A DNA stretch of 64,000 nt, taken from NCBI GenBank assembly GCA_032654565.1, contig JAULAX010000017.1:640001-704000 (forward strand), given 5' to 3'. The translations under genes were made by a program, and so were the position numbers. Position 1 is the stretch's first letter, and every line of letters starts with the position of its first letter. Positions 19,504 to 31,263 of this stretch are shown piece by piece. Below the pieces are notes generated by a model, which had not been told where the DNA came from, did not search any database, and was given only the letters and a program-made list of their open reading frames with translations. This stretch comes from Anaeromyxobacteraceae bacterium. Lineage in GTDB: Bacteria; Myxococcota; Myxococcia; Myxococcales; Anaeromyxobacteraceae.

Positions 19504-20186
19504 GGCGCCCCGGCCTCGAGGCGGCCGTCGCGCATCGACACCACCCGGTCCACCACCGGGGCGTCGTGGACCAGCGGGTCGTGGCTGGCGATGATCACGG
19601 TGAGGCCTGCGGCCTTCAGCGTCCCCACCACCTCCATGAAGCCGGCCGAGAGGGCGCTGTCGAGGTTGGCGGTGGGCTCGTCGGCGACCAGCACCCGCGG
19701 GTCGTTGACGAGGGCGCGGGCGATGGCCACCCGCTGGGCCTCACCGCCGGAGAGCCAGTCGGCCCGGGCCGAGGCCCGGTGGGCGACGCCGAAGCGCGCC
19801 AGCAGCGCCCCGGCCCGCCGCTCCAGCCCGGCCCGAGGGGCGCCGAGCGGGTAGGCCGGGAGCATGACGTTCTCCAGGGCCGAGAGCCCGCCCACCAGGT
19901 TGAACTGCTGGAAGACGAAGCCGAAGGTGCGCCGGCGCACCTCGGTGAGGAAGCGCTCCGGCAGGCTGGTCAGCTCGCGGTCGGCGAGCAGGATGCGGCC
20001 GGAGGTGGGGCGCGCCATGGCCCCCAGCAGGGCCAGCAGGCTGGTCTTGCCCGAGCCGCTCGGCCCGCGCAGCACGGTGACCTGCCCCTCCTCGATGGCG
20101 AGGTCGACCCCCTTGACCGCCTCCAGCTCGTCGGGGCGACCCTGGTGGAAGACGCGCCGCAGCGCCCGGGCCTCGATCAGGCTCAT
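19500..20186 (-). CDS. ABC transporter ATP-binding protein (LolD/MacB-type)
   Basis: [32 protein letters not shown]. Confidence 0.92.
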   Translation of the reverse strand: MSLIEARALRRVFHQGRPDELEAVKGVDLAIEEGQVTVLRGPSGSGKTSLLALLGAMARPTSGRILLADRELTSLPERFLTEVRRRTFGFVFQQFNLVGGLSALENVMLPAYPLGAPRAGLERRAGALLARFGVAHRASARADWLSGGEAQRVAIARALVNDPRVLVADEPTANLDSALSAGFMEVVGTLKAAGLTVIIASHDPLVHDAPVVDRVVSMRDGRLEAGAP

Positions 20187-21325
20187 GAGCGCATCACCGC
20201 GTCGGGGTCGATGGTGGCCGAGCGCCAGGCCGGCACCACCGTGGCCACGGTGTAGGGGACCACGGTGAGGAAGAAGAGCGTCGCCAGCTGCAGGCCGCCC
20301 ACAGCCGGGGTGAGGTGCTGCCGCGGCGACAGCGTCGACCAGCCCTCCAGCGCCGGCGCCAGCAGCGCCGCCCCCCCGACGAAGACGTGCAGGTAGGCCG
20401 CCACCACCCCGGCGGTGAAGGCAGCCGCCGAGACCACCGCCCCCTCCCAGGTCTTCACCAGCAGCACGTCGGAGACGTCCCAGCCGATGGCCTTGAGGAT
20501 GCCGATCTCCCGCCGCTCCTCGGCCGACAGCCCGGCCGCCTTGTCCCAGGCCACCAGGGCGAAGGCCAGGACCGCGGTGGAGAGCACCAGCATGACCAGG
20601 CCGCTGCGCCAGTCGAAGATGGCCTGGTAGGTCCGGGCCATCTCCAGCCGGGTGATGGCCCGGGCCCCGGGCACCAGCTGCAGCGCCTTCTGCGCCACGG
20701 TGGGGAGCTCGCGGGCGTTGGGGACGGTGAGGGCGATGTCGGTGAAGCGGTCCGGGTCGGCGCCGAAGAGCCGCTGGTAGCCGGCTTCGGAGAGCAGCAC
20801 CAGGTCGGTGGTGACCAGCGCGCTCCCCGCCGGGATCACCTCGCGGACGGTGAAGTCGAGCGCCTCGCCGCTCCAGCCGGTGAGCCGCAGCGTGGCCCCG
20901 GCCACCAGCCCCTCCAGCCGGGCCACCCCCTCCCCCACCACCAGCTCGGCGTCGCCGCCCCAGAACCGCTCCGGCACCATCACCGTGAGGTTGGCCTGGC
21001 TGGCCGGACGGTAGAGGTAGCCCCAGCGGCGGCCCACCGCCCGCTCCACGCCGCGGATGGCCGCCAGCCGCTCCACCTCGGCCGCCGGGATGAGATCGTG
21101 GCGCCCCGCCACCAGCCGCTGCACCACCACGTCCGGCCCGCCGCGCAGCACCTCGGCCGCCTCGGCGCGCAGCGCCTCGGTGAGGAAGAGGGTCGAGGCC
21201 ACCGCGAAGACGGTGAGGCCGTAGACCAGCACCAGCGACAGGTTCTTCCCCCGGCGCCGGCCCAGCGAGGCCAGCGTGTAGTCGAGCAGGGAGCGCTGCC
21301 GCTCCAGCCAGGCGCGGAAGCTCAT
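20183..21325 (-). CDS. ABC transporter permease (FtsX/LolE-type)
   Basis: N-terminal TM, periplasmic domain, ERREIGILKAIGW, C-terminal PAWRSATIDP. Confidence 0.88.
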   Translation of the reverse strand: MSFRAWLERQRSLLDYTLASLGRRRGKNLSLVLVYGLTVFAVASTLFLTEALRAEAAEVLRGGPDVVVQRLVAGRHDLIPAAEVERLAAIRGVERAVGRRWGYLYRPASQANLTVMVPERFWGGDAELVVGEGVARLEGLVAGATLRLTGWSGEALDFTVREVIPAGSALVTTDLVLLSEAGYQRLFGADPDRFTDIALTVPNARELPTVAQKALQLVPGARAITRLEMARTYQAIFDWRSGLVMLVLSTAVLAFALVAWDKAAGLSAEERREIGILKAIGWDVSDVLLVKTWEGAVVSAAAFTAGVVAAYLHVFVGGAALLAPALEGWSTLSPRQHLTPAVGGLQLATLFFLTVVPYTVATVVPAWRSATIDPDAVMRS

Positions 21326-21603
21326 GGGAAGCGGGGCGGCGCCACCAGCGCGCCGGAGGGGAAGTGCTCCCGCGCCCCGGGGTGGTCCTGGAAGGGGGCG
21401 AAGCGGTCGGCCTGGGTGAGGTGGCGGGTGTAGCGGGCCTCGGTGAAGAGGGCGAGATCGGTGAGCCCGAGCCGGTGGACCATGGCGGCCGAGGCCTGGC
21501 GCCCGGCCACGTCGAGCTGGCGGGCCCGGGCGTGGAGCCAGCAGGCCTCCACGGCCAGCCCGGCCACCACCACGCCGACCAGCAGCCGGTCGGAGGGCCT
21601 CAC
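21322..21603 (-). CDS. Small membrane-anchored hypothetical protein
   Basis: GTGA/ATGA overlaps with both neighbours; TM then LTDLALFTEARYTRH...FQDHPGAREHFPSG. Confidence 0.7.
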   Translation of the reverse strand: MRPSDRLLVGVVVAGLAVEACWLHARARQLDVAGRQASAAMVHRLGLTDLALFTEARYTRHLTQADRFAPFQDHPGAREHFPSGALVAPPRFP

Positions 21604-22064
21604 GGCTCGCCGTCCAGGGTCTTCAGAATGGCCGGGGTGACCTCGTCGAAGCGGAGCAGCCGCTGCCCGCGGTGGTCGCGCTTGAACTCCTCGGCGTCCA
21701 CGCGGCGTCCGAACGGCACCAGCTCCTGCCCCATGGGGCCGAGCACGTCGCCGCCCATGACGTAGACGGCGGCGCGCGCCTCCACCGGCTTGAGCGTGTA
21801 GTAGTCGGTGACGAAGGTGTCGGCCACGTCGGCGCGGCGGGCCACGGCGCCATAGTCCTCGACCCGCAGCAGGAACTTGAAGAGGTCCTTGGCGCCGTCG
21901 AAGAGGACGCGGTCGCCGTCGGCGAAGCGGATCCCGGCCACCCAGTCCGGGTAGCGGACCACGAACATCCCGCAGACCGGGCACTTCTCCCCTGGGCGGG
22001 GCTTGACCGGCTCCGGCGCGGCGAGGAGCAGGGCGATCGTCAGCAGGGACTGCGCCAACCACAT
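21600..22064 (-). CDS. NosL-family metal (Cu) chaperone
   Basis: Signal peptide; CPVCGM, FDGAKDLF, VTDYY, GPMG..LVPF. Confidence 0.85.
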   Translation of the reverse strand: MWLAQSLLTIALLLAAPEPVKPRPGEKCPVCGMFVVRYPDWVAGIRFADGDRVLFDGAKDLFKFLLRVEDYGAVARRADVADTFVTDYYTLKPVEARAAVYVMGGDVLGPMGQELVPFGRRVDAEEFKRDHRGQRLLRFDEVTPAILKTLDGEP

Positions 22065-22112
22065 CGCCCGCTCCTCGTCTGCGTCGGACCCCTCGTCCGC
22101 GTCGGACCCCGG

Positions 22113-22964
22113 CTACTGCGGCGTCAGCTTGAAGCTCACCAGGGTGGTGGTGAGCACGTTACCATCGGTGGTCTTGTTCTCGCCGTTGACGGAGAGCTTG
22201 AGCTGGATGGTGGCCTGGGTCCCGGCGGTGAGGCCGGAGAGCGGCATCGTCCAGTGGCCGTGGGCCACGTGGGTGGCGGTGATGGGATAGGTGGCGCCGC
22301 CGTCCGTCGAGGCGGTCAGCGACACGGCGGTCACGGTGGTGCCGGCCAGCGCCGCCCCCACGTAGACCGGCTTGAAGTCCAGCATCATGTTCTCGGCGCG
22401 GACCAGGTAGAGGGGCAGGCTACCGGCGGCCGCGGTGACCGGGCCGTCGCGGAAGATGTTGTACTTGGTCATCGACATGCCGCCCATGGCGGTGTCGCTG
22501 GGGCCCCAGATCGGAGGGGTCTTGGTGGTGTCGGTCCCCATGGCCATGGCCACCGCCGGGTAGAAGGTGGTGGTCTCGGTGCCGATCTTCACGGCCAGCT
22601 CCCAGTAGCCCATGCCGGCCCCGGAGGCCATCTGGTAGTAGACGGCGCAGTCGTAGGTGCCGGGCGTGGCCGACTCGGTGACCAGGTCGGCCGGCGCCCC
22701 GTGGCTCATGGTCGGCATGGTCATGAGCGGCTTGAGCGTGATGGCCAGGGCGGCGGCGGGCAGCGAGTCGGCGCGGGTGCGGACGCGCAGCTTGAAGCTG
22801 TACTTCCCGACCACGGCGTCCATCATCCCCGGGAGGTACTCGACGAGGTAGGTGCTGGCGGGTGCGGTCACCGTCACGTACTCGGTGGTGGTGGTGCCGC
22901 AGGCGGCCAGCGCCAGCAGCGTGGTGAGCGCGGCGACGGGCGCGGCGCGAGAGATGGTCATCAT
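22113..22964 (-). CDS. Met/His-rich lipoprotein (YtkA/FixH-like Ig-fold)
   Basis: Lipobox LAAC; PLMTMPTMSHGAP, YYQMASGAGMGYWEL, AMGGMSM, HVAHGHW. Confidence 0.7.
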   Translation of the reverse strand: MMTISRAAPVAALTTLLALAACGTTTTEYVTVTAPASTYLVEYLPGMMDAVVGKYSFKLRVRTRADSLPAAALAITLKPLMTMPTMSHGAPADLVTESATPGTYDCAVYYQMASGAGMGYWELAVKIGTETTTFYPAVAMAMGTDTTKTPPIWGPSDTAMGGMSMTKYNIFRDGPVTAAAGSLPLYLVRAENMMLDFKPVYVGAALAGTTVTAVSLTASTDGGATYPITATHVAHGHWTMPLSGLTAGTQATIQLKLSVNGENKTTDGNVLTTTLVSFKLTPQ

Positions 22965-23115
22965 GGTGTGGGTCCCCCTGGGATGGTGTCTCTCCCGAGG
23001 ACTACCACCGGCTGTCCGTGAAACCGTCCGTTTACCGATGTTTGAGACAAATGGTCGCGGCGTGGTTTGCGACACACCGCCGCAGCCTCGGCGGGCGGGT
23101 AGAATGTCGGGGGAC

Positions 23116-24087
23116 ATGGGGAGACTGAGACTGTTGGTGATGCTGTGCCTGGCGGTGGCGCTGCCCACCCCGGCCCGCGCCGCATCCTGCTGCGGCGGCG
23201 GTGGCGGCGGGGCCAGCGTGCTGCCGCGCGGCGAGCGCGCCCTGCTCGACCTGGCCTTCGACCTCGAGCGCTACGACGGCTACTGGGACACCGGCCGCAT
23301 CCACAAGCCGGACCCGCCCGGGGCGAGCCTCTCGCAGGCCCGCCTCTCGCTGACCGGCGCCGCCCGCCTCGGCGGCCCCTGGCAGGCGGCCGTCAACGTG
23401 CCCTACGCCTGGAACCGGAACGTCTACGCGGGCGCCGGGCAGGCCTCGCAGACCCACGGGCTGGGGGACTCGACGGTCAGCGCCTGGTACGAGGCCTGGA
23501 CCGAGCGCTCCGCCTGGCGGGTGGCCGGCCCCGGCGACCTGCTCCCCTCGGTCACCGTCGGCCCCACCCTCACCGTCCCCACCGGCCTCTCCCCCTACGA
23601 CGACGTGGCCAGCAGCTTCGACGTCACCGGGCGCGGCTTCTACCGGCTCGACGGTACGGTCATGCTCGACAAGAGCTACCGCGCCTGGAGCGGCTCGCTC
23701 TCGCTGGCCTGGGGCTTCCACCTGGGGCGCCCCGTCAACCGGCTCTACGGCGCCTGGGTGGAGCCCTACCGGAAGCGGCTCGGCGACCGCACCTCCGCCA
23801 GCGGCTCGCTCGGCTACCGCACCTTCGTCGGCACCGGCGGGAGCTCGCTGGCCTTCTCCGGCGCCCTCTCCTGGCTCCGCGAGGGGCAGGGGACCATCGC
23901 CGGCCAGCCCGACCCGGCCAGCGGCATGGAGAAGGCGGCGGTGGCCGCTACCGTCACCTGGGCCGGGACCGACGAGGACTGGTCGGCGCGCGCCTCCTGG
24001 TCCCACGCCATCCAGCGGGACGGCTGGGGGCGGAACTTCCCGACCACCGATGTCGTCTCCGTGGGGGTGCGGTATGTGCTGCGCTGA
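23116..24087 (+). CDS. Putative outer-membrane beta-barrel with N-terminal Cys-Cys
   Basis: Signal peptide ending ARA, mature ASCCGGG; GLGD and PTG motifs, amphipathic aromatic strands, C-terminal VGVRYVLR; alternative start 23104. Confidence 0.65.
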   Translation: MGRLRLLVMLCLAVALPTPARAASCCGGGGGGASVLPRGERALLDLAFDLERYDGYWDTGRIHKPDPPGASLSQARLSLTGAARLGGPWQAAVNVPYAWNRNVYAGAGQASQTHGLGDSTVSAWYEAWTERSAWRVAGPGDLLPSVTVGPTLTVPTGLSPYDDVASSFDVTGRGFYRLDGTVMLDKSYRAWSGSLSLAWGFHLGRPVNRLYGAWVEPYRKRLGDRTSASGSLGYRTFVGTGGSSLAFSGALSWLREGQGTIAGQPDPASGMEKAAVAATVTWAGTDEDWSARASWSHAIQRDGWGRNFPTTDVVSVGVRYVLR

Positions 24088-24625
24088 GCCGCGGGCCGGC
24101 CGCCCGCTCCTGGCCCTGCTGCTGCTCCTCTCCGGCTGCGGGCTGGGCAGCGATCTCCTCCCCTCCGGCGCCGACCGGCGCCCGGCGGTGGTGCCGGGGA
24201 GCGTCGGCCCGGCCGTCGGCCAGGTGGCCCCCGACTTCACGCTGCCGGACCTCTCAGGGAACCCGGTCTCGCTCCACGCCACGCTGGCCGGCGCCCGCGG
24301 CGCCGTCCTCTACTTCACCATGTGGTGCCCCATCTGCGACGCCCACATGAGCGACCTGAGGGCGAACGCCCTGCCCGCCTTCCCCGCCATCCCCGTCTTC
24401 GTCATCGACTACGTCTCCGGCAGCGTCGCCGGGGCCCGGGCCTCGCAGGTGGCCAGCGGCTGGGACGTGCCCGGCTTCACCTACCTGGCCGACGTCGACG
24501 CTGCGGTGGAGCGCTTCTACGGCGCCCCCATGGCGGTGGTGGTGGTGGGCGGCGACCGGGTGGTCCGCATGAACGGCGAGTACAGCTGGCCCCGGCTCAG
24601 GGCCGTGCTGGAGGCGCTGCCATGA
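24074..24625 (+). CDS. Thioredoxin-fold (AhpC/TSA/redoxin) lipoprotein
   Basis: Lipobox LSGC; GQVAPDFTL, YFTMWCPIC. Confidence 0.8.
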   Translation: MCCAEPRAGRPLLALLLLLSGCGLGSDLLPSGADRRPAVVPGSVGPAVGQVAPDFTLPDLSGNPVSLHATLAGARGAVLYFTMWCPICDAHMSDLRANALPAFPAIPVFVIDYVSGSVAGARASQVASGWDVPGFTYLADVDAAVERFYGAPMAVVVVGGDRVVRMNGEYSWPRLRAVLEALP

Positions 24626-25206
24626 GCCCCGGCTCGCCGTCGCCACCGGCCGCCCCCCCCGCCAGGCGCTGGCGCGCCGGCCGCTGGCTCCTGGTGGCTG
24701 GGCTGCTGGTCGCCGCCACCGGGCTGGCCTCGGGGCAGGAGGACGTCTCCCGGGCTCGCGAGTGCGCCTACTGCGGCATGGACCGGAAGGCCTACGGCTA
24801 CAGCCGGGCCCTGGTGCGCTACCAGGACGGCGGCGAGGTGGGGGTCTGCAGCCTGCACTGCGCCGTCACCGAGCTCGACGCCCACCCGGAGCGGACGGTG
24901 AGCGCCGTGCTGGTGGCCGATCGCGACACCCACGCCCTGGTCGAGGCCACGGCGGCCACCTGGGTGATGGGCGGCGGTAAGCGGGCGGTGATGGCGGCCC
25001 GGCCCAAGTGGGCCTTCGCCACGCCGGAGGGGGCCGCGGCCTTCGTCCGCGACCACGGCGGCGAGGTGATCTCCTGGCCCCTGGCGCTGGCCGCGGCGCG
25101 GGAGGACGTGGCGCTGGAGGCCCGGACCGCCGCGGCGCGACGGTCGGGGCGGGGGCTGGGCTGCGCCGGCCCTTCCGGCCTCTCCGGGCGGCAGGACCGG
25201 CCGTGA
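24622..25206 (+). CDS. Second NosL-family protein
   Basis: CAYCGMDR, CSLHC, VAD...ATWVMGG...VMAARPKWAF; ATGA overlap. Confidence 0.8.
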   Translation: MSPGSPSPPAAPPARRWRAGRWLLVAGLLVAATGLASGQEDVSRARECAYCGMDRKAYGYSRALVRYQDGGEVGVCSLHCAVTELDAHPERTVSAVLVADRDTHALVEATAATWVMGGGKRAVMAARPKWAFATPEGAAAFVRDHGGEVISWPLALAAAREDVALEARTAAARRSGRGLGCAGPSGLSGRQDRP

Positions 25207-25240
25207 GGACGCGGCGGCGGACGGCGATCCGCCACCCCGC

Positions 25241-27210
<1,970 letters not shown>

Positions 27211-27214
<4 letters not shown>

Positions 27215-28395
27215 GGGGGCCCCATACCACGGGCCACGAAACGCGACTTGAGCGCCAGGAAGCGCCTCTCGAAGAGGTGCCAGCTCAGCCAGGCCAGCCC
27301 GAGGCTCACCGCCGTGGCCACTGCCGCCCAGGCCAGCACCCCGCCGCGGGTGGTGAGCGCCGTGGCGCCGGCCGGCCAGCGGCGCAGCAGCGGCAGCCCC
27401 GCCTCCTGGACGAAGTAGTGGACCACGTAGAGGCCGTAGCTGTAGCGCCCCAGCACCTGCAGCGGCGCCACCCCCAGCAGCCGCTGCAGCGCGCCGCCGG
27501 TCCCCTCCCCGGCCACCGCCCCGCACAGCAGGCCGCCGTAGGCCAGCCCCAGCAGCGTGTGGGCCCAGATCTCCAGCGGCGCCCGGTGCATGTCGAAGGG
27601 GCCGAGCGGCAGCCCCAGCGCCAGGAAGCCCAGCGCCCCGGCCACCGCCACCGGCCGCCACCAGCGCCAGAGCCAGGCCCGGCCCGCCGCCGAGCGGAAC
27701 AGGACCGCCAGCAGGGCGCCCAGCGCCAGCTGGTCGAGCCGCCCCGGCGTCACCCGGAAGGCGCTCCCCACCGGCCAGCCGCTGGCCTCGACGATGACGA
27801 GTCGGAGGAGCGGCCCGGCGGCGAAGAGCCCGGCCGCCACCCAGGCCAGCCACCGGCCGCGCGCCAGCCAGACCACCGCCGGCCAGAGCAGGTAGAACTG
27901 CTCCTCCACCGCCAGCGACCAGAAGTGGGTCAACGACGGGATGGTCTGCTCGGCGGCGAAGGCCCAGTTGCCGAGGTAGCCCCAGTACCACCAGCCCCAG
28001 CGGCGCAGCGTCCAGGGGTCGATGAGCCCGGCCGCCGGCCCGGCCCACCAGAAGATGGCCAGGGCCAGGTAGTAGAGCGGGAAGATGCGCAGCGTGCGCC
28101 GGGCCAGGAAGGAGCCCCACCAGGTGGCGGCGCCCAGCGTGTCCACCAGGATCCCGGTGATGAGGAAGCCGGAGAGGACGAAGAAGAGGTCGACGCCCGA
28201 CCAGCCGAGGCCGACCAGGGCGATGAAGGCCCGGTCGCCGGGGCTGGCGGTGGGCCAGGAGGCCAGGAAGTGCGAGGCCAGCACGCCGCCGATGGCCAGC
28301 CCGCGCAGCCCGTCGAGCGAGGGCATGTTCCGTCGCAGCGCCCCGGCCATCCGGGCGTCGTCCGGCGGCGCCAGCGCGGGCGTCACGAACCTCAC
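27211..28395 (-). CDS. Acyltransferase family 3 (OafA/YrhL-like)
   Basis: LDGLRGLAI, GVDLFFVLSGFLIT, HFWSLAVEEQFY, SYGLYVVH. Confidence 0.9.
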
Positions 28396-28416
28396 GGCGG
28401 CCTGGCGGAGGCTGGT

Positions 28417-28626
28417 CTAGGCGCTGGCGGTGCGCCCCAGGGCCTCGGCCTTGTCGAGCGAGCGCAGCAGCTCGGGGCTCGGCTCGCGGGAGCGGTCCCC
28501 CTTCTTCACCAGCCGGTGGACCATGGAGACCGCCTGGGCCAGGTCGCGGTTGCTGTTGCCGCCGCGGGTCAGAACGGTGTCGAGGGTGCGGAGCCGATCC
28601 TTCACCTGCTTGTAGGTATCGTTCAC
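28417..28626 (-). CDS. Small hypothetical protein (69 aa)
   Basis: AGGAG SD before GTG; GC3-biased codons; fills intergenic gap. Confidence 0.6.
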   Translation of the reverse strand: MNDTYKQVKDRLRTLDTVLTRGGNSNRDLAQAVSMVHRLVKKGDRSREPSPELLRSLDKAEALGRTASA

Positions 28627-28759
28627 GGTGGGCTCCTGGTGCGTGTGGAGAACGGGTCGGCACCCCGAAGGGGGCGGTGCTCGCCACCAAGGTGTACCGC
28701 GACGGCGACCGGAACGCCCGTTTTGCCCGAAACTTCCTCCGGGGCGCGCGTCCGGTGCG

Positions 28760-30037
28760 CTAGGGGCGGCCCAGCGCCACCAGCAGCTGGGCCCGCGCCG
28801 TCGACAGTTCGTACTCCGCCGACACCCGCTGGGCGGCGGCCAGCGTCACCTGCAGCTGGGCGTCCCCCTGCTCAAGCGCGCTGCCCGAGCCGGCCTGGTA
28901 GCGCCCCTCGGCCAGCCGCAGCCGCTCCCGGGCGTTGGTGAGCGCCTCCCCGGTGGCCACCAGCTTGGCCCGGCCCGAGCTGACCGCGAAGCGGGCCTGC
29001 TCCAGCTCCAGCCGGACCTGCAGCCGCAGCGACGCCAGCTGGGCCCTGGTCCCCTCCAGCGTCGCCTCGGCCTCGCGCACCAGCGCGCGGGTCATCCCCC
29101 CCTGGAAGAGGTTCCAGTTGAGCGTGGCCCCGGCGTTCCAGTTCCAGGTGAGCGACCGGCCGGCCAGGTCGGGGCCGGTGTCGGTGAGGCCGGCGGAGAC
29201 GCTCAGCGAGGGGTACCAGCCGCCCCGGGCGGCGCTCACCAGGGCCTCCTGGGCGCGGCGCTGGGCCTCCAGCGAGGCCACCTCGGGCCGGGCCTTGAGC
29301 GCCTCGTCCACCAGCGCCTCGAGGCCGGCGTCCTCCCCCTCCACCGAGGCCAGCTGGTCGTCGGCCACCTCGAACTCGGTGCTGGCCTCGATCCCCATGG
29401 CCTGGTTGAGCTGGGCCCGGGCGGTCTGGGAGGCGGCCACCGCGCCGATGCGCGAGACCTCGGCGTTGGCCCGGTCGGTGCGGGCCTGGGCGAGATCGAT
29501 CTCGGGGCGGTTCCCCACGGTGACGAACCCCTGGATCTGCTTCAGGTGGGCCTCCTGGTTGGCCAGCGTCTCCTCCGCGACCCGCACCAGGTCCTTGCGG
29601 GCCCGCGCCGCGAAGAAGGCGGTGCGGACGTTGAGCAGCACCTGGGCCACCGAGGCCTGCTCGCTGGCCTGCTGCGCCAGGGCGCTGGCCCGTGCCGCCT
29701 GGAACCGGTCCAGGGTGGTGCCGAAGTCCCAGACCGTCATCCCGGCGGTGGCCGAGGCGCTCCAGGCGCCCGTCGAGGCCCAGGAGTCGGGGCGGGAGCC
29801 GCCCAGCGCGGAGGGGGCCGAGTTGTTGGAGGCGCGCCCGTACCCCAGCCTGGCGTCGACCTTGGGCAGGAAGCCGGCCAAGGCCTCGGCGGAGCGGGCC
29901 TGGGCGGCGGCGGTGGCGGCGCGGGCCTGGCGCAGGGAGGGCTGCCCCTGGCGCGCCAGCTTGACCGCCTCGTCGAGGGTGAGCACCGGGCCGGCCCCGG
30001 CGGCGAGCAGCAGGACGGCGGCGAGCGCGGCGGTCAT
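28760..30037 (-). CDS. TolC family outer-membrane efflux protein
   Basis: Two OEP repeats (FLPKV / WYPSL, LFQGG, RYQAG). Confidence 0.88.
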   Translation of the reverse strand: MTAALAAVLLLAAGAGPVLTLDEAVKLARQGQPSLRQARAATAAAQARSAEALAGFLPKVDARLGYGRASNNSAPSALGGSRPDSWASTGAWSASATAGMTVWDFGTTLDRFQAARASALAQQASEQASVAQVLLNVRTAFFAARARKDLVRVAEETLANQEAHLKQIQGFVTVGNRPEIDLAQARTDRANAEVSRIGAVAASQTARAQLNQAMGIEASTEFEVADDQLASVEGEDAGLEALVDEALKARPEVASLEAQRRAQEALVSAARGGWYPSLSVSAGLTDTGPDLAGRSLTWNWNAGATLNWNLFQGGMTRALVREAEATLEGTRAQLASLRLQVRLELEQARFAVSSGRAKLVATGEALTNARERLRLAEGRYQAGSGSALEQGDAQLQVTLAAAQRVSAEYELSTARAQLLVALGRP

Positions 30038-31263
30038 TCGAACCTCAGGGCGGTGATGGGATCGAGGCGGGAGGCCTTGAGCGCCGGGTAGAAGCCGAAG
30101 CCGACGCCGACCAGGCCGGAGAAGCCGACCGCCAGCATGATGACGTCGGGGCGGACCAGCATCGACCAGCCGAAGGCGCTGGCCAGCCAGCCGGCGATGC
30201 CCAGCCCGGTGGCCACGCCGATCAGGCCGCCGGCCACCGACAGGGTGAGGGCCTCGACCAGGAACTGGAGCTGGATGTCGCGGGCCCGCGCCCCCACCGC
30301 CATGCGGACGCCGATCTCGCGGGTCCGCTCGGTGACCGAGACCAGCATGATGTTCATGATGCCGATGCCCCCCACCAGCAGCGAGACCGCGGCGATGGCC
30401 ATCAGCAGCGTGGTCAGGGTCTTGGTCCCCTCCTGCTGGGCGCTGGCGATCTCGGAGGGGTTGCGGATCTGGAAGTCGTCGTCGGCGTCGACGGTGAGCC
30501 GGTGGCGATCGCGCAGCAGGCCGCGGACCTGCTGCTGGGCGCGGGCGTTGCCGTCCTGGCCCCGGCTGCTCACCACGATCTGCCCGGCGACGAAGTTCTT
30601 CAGGCCGCCGGAGATCTTCTGCTGGAAGGTGGAGACCGGCACCAGCACCACGTCGTCGAAGTCCTGGCCGAAGGGGGACTGGCCCTTCTTGGAGAGCACC
30701 CCCACCACCGAGAAGGGGATGTTCTTGACCCGGATGACCTGCCCCACCGGGTTGGCGTTGGGCCCGTAGAGCTTGTCCACCACGGTCTGGCCGAGCACCG
30801 CCACCTTCATGCCGCCGTCGACGTCGGTCTGGCTGAACTCGGCCCCCACCGCCACCGGCCAGCTGCGCACCCGGAGGAAGTCGGGGGTGGTCCCCTGGAT
30901 CGAGGTGTTCCAGTTGGCGTCCTCGGACATCACCTGCGACCCGGCGCGGAGCACCGGCGCCGCCTCGCGCACCGCCGAGAGCTCGGTCTGGATGGCCTTG
31001 AGGTCGTCCCAGGTGAGCGAGGGGAGCGAGCCGGCCCCGCCCATGGCCCCGCCGCCCTGCGAGGAGCCGTTGAGGACGATGAGCATGTTGGAGCCGATGG
31101 AGGCGAAGGTCTGCTCGACCCGGGCCTTGGCGCCGTCGCCGATGGCCACCATGGCGATCACCGCCGCCACGCCGATGACCACGCCCAGCCCGGTCAGGAA
31201 GGAGCGCAGCTTGTTGCGCCCCAGGGCGCGCAGCGCCACCCGCAGCGTCATGAGCCAGTTCAC
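30034..31263 (-). CDS. MacB-type ABC permease
   Basis: [47 protein letters not shown]. Confidence 0.92.
   Translation of the reverse strand: MNWLMTLRVALRALGRNKLRSFLTGLGVVIGVAAVIAMVAIGDGAKARVEQTFASIGSNMLIVLNGSSQGGGAMGGAGSLPSLTWDDLKAIQTELSAVREAAPVLRAGSQVMSEDANWNTSIQGTTPDFLRVRSWPVAVGAEFSQTDVDGGMKVAVLGQTVVDKLYGPNANPVGQVIRVKNIPFSVVGVLSKKGQSPFGQDFDDVVLVPVSTFQQKISGGLKNFVAGQIVVSSRGQDGNARAQQQVRGLLRDRHRLTVDADDDFQIRNPSEIASAQQEGTKTLTTLLMAIAAVSLLVGGIGIMNIMLVSVTERTREIGVRMAVGARARDIQLQFLVEALTLSVAGGLIGVATGLGIAGWLASAFGWSMLVRPDVIMLAVGFSGLVGVGFGFYPALKASRLDPITALRFE

Noticed and set aside
22073..22108. 18-bp tandem duplication before the NosL start
   Set aside because: Only two units covering the SD region; most simply local slippage with no evidence of function
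21600..25206. Nitrous oxide reductase (nos) operon
   Set aside because: Only NosL-like genes; nosZ, nosD, nosF and nosY are absent from the window
28630..28750. c-di-GMP-I riboswitch (GGGCAAA on the minus strand)
   Set aside because: Lacks the GAAA tetraloop and GACGCAAA elements
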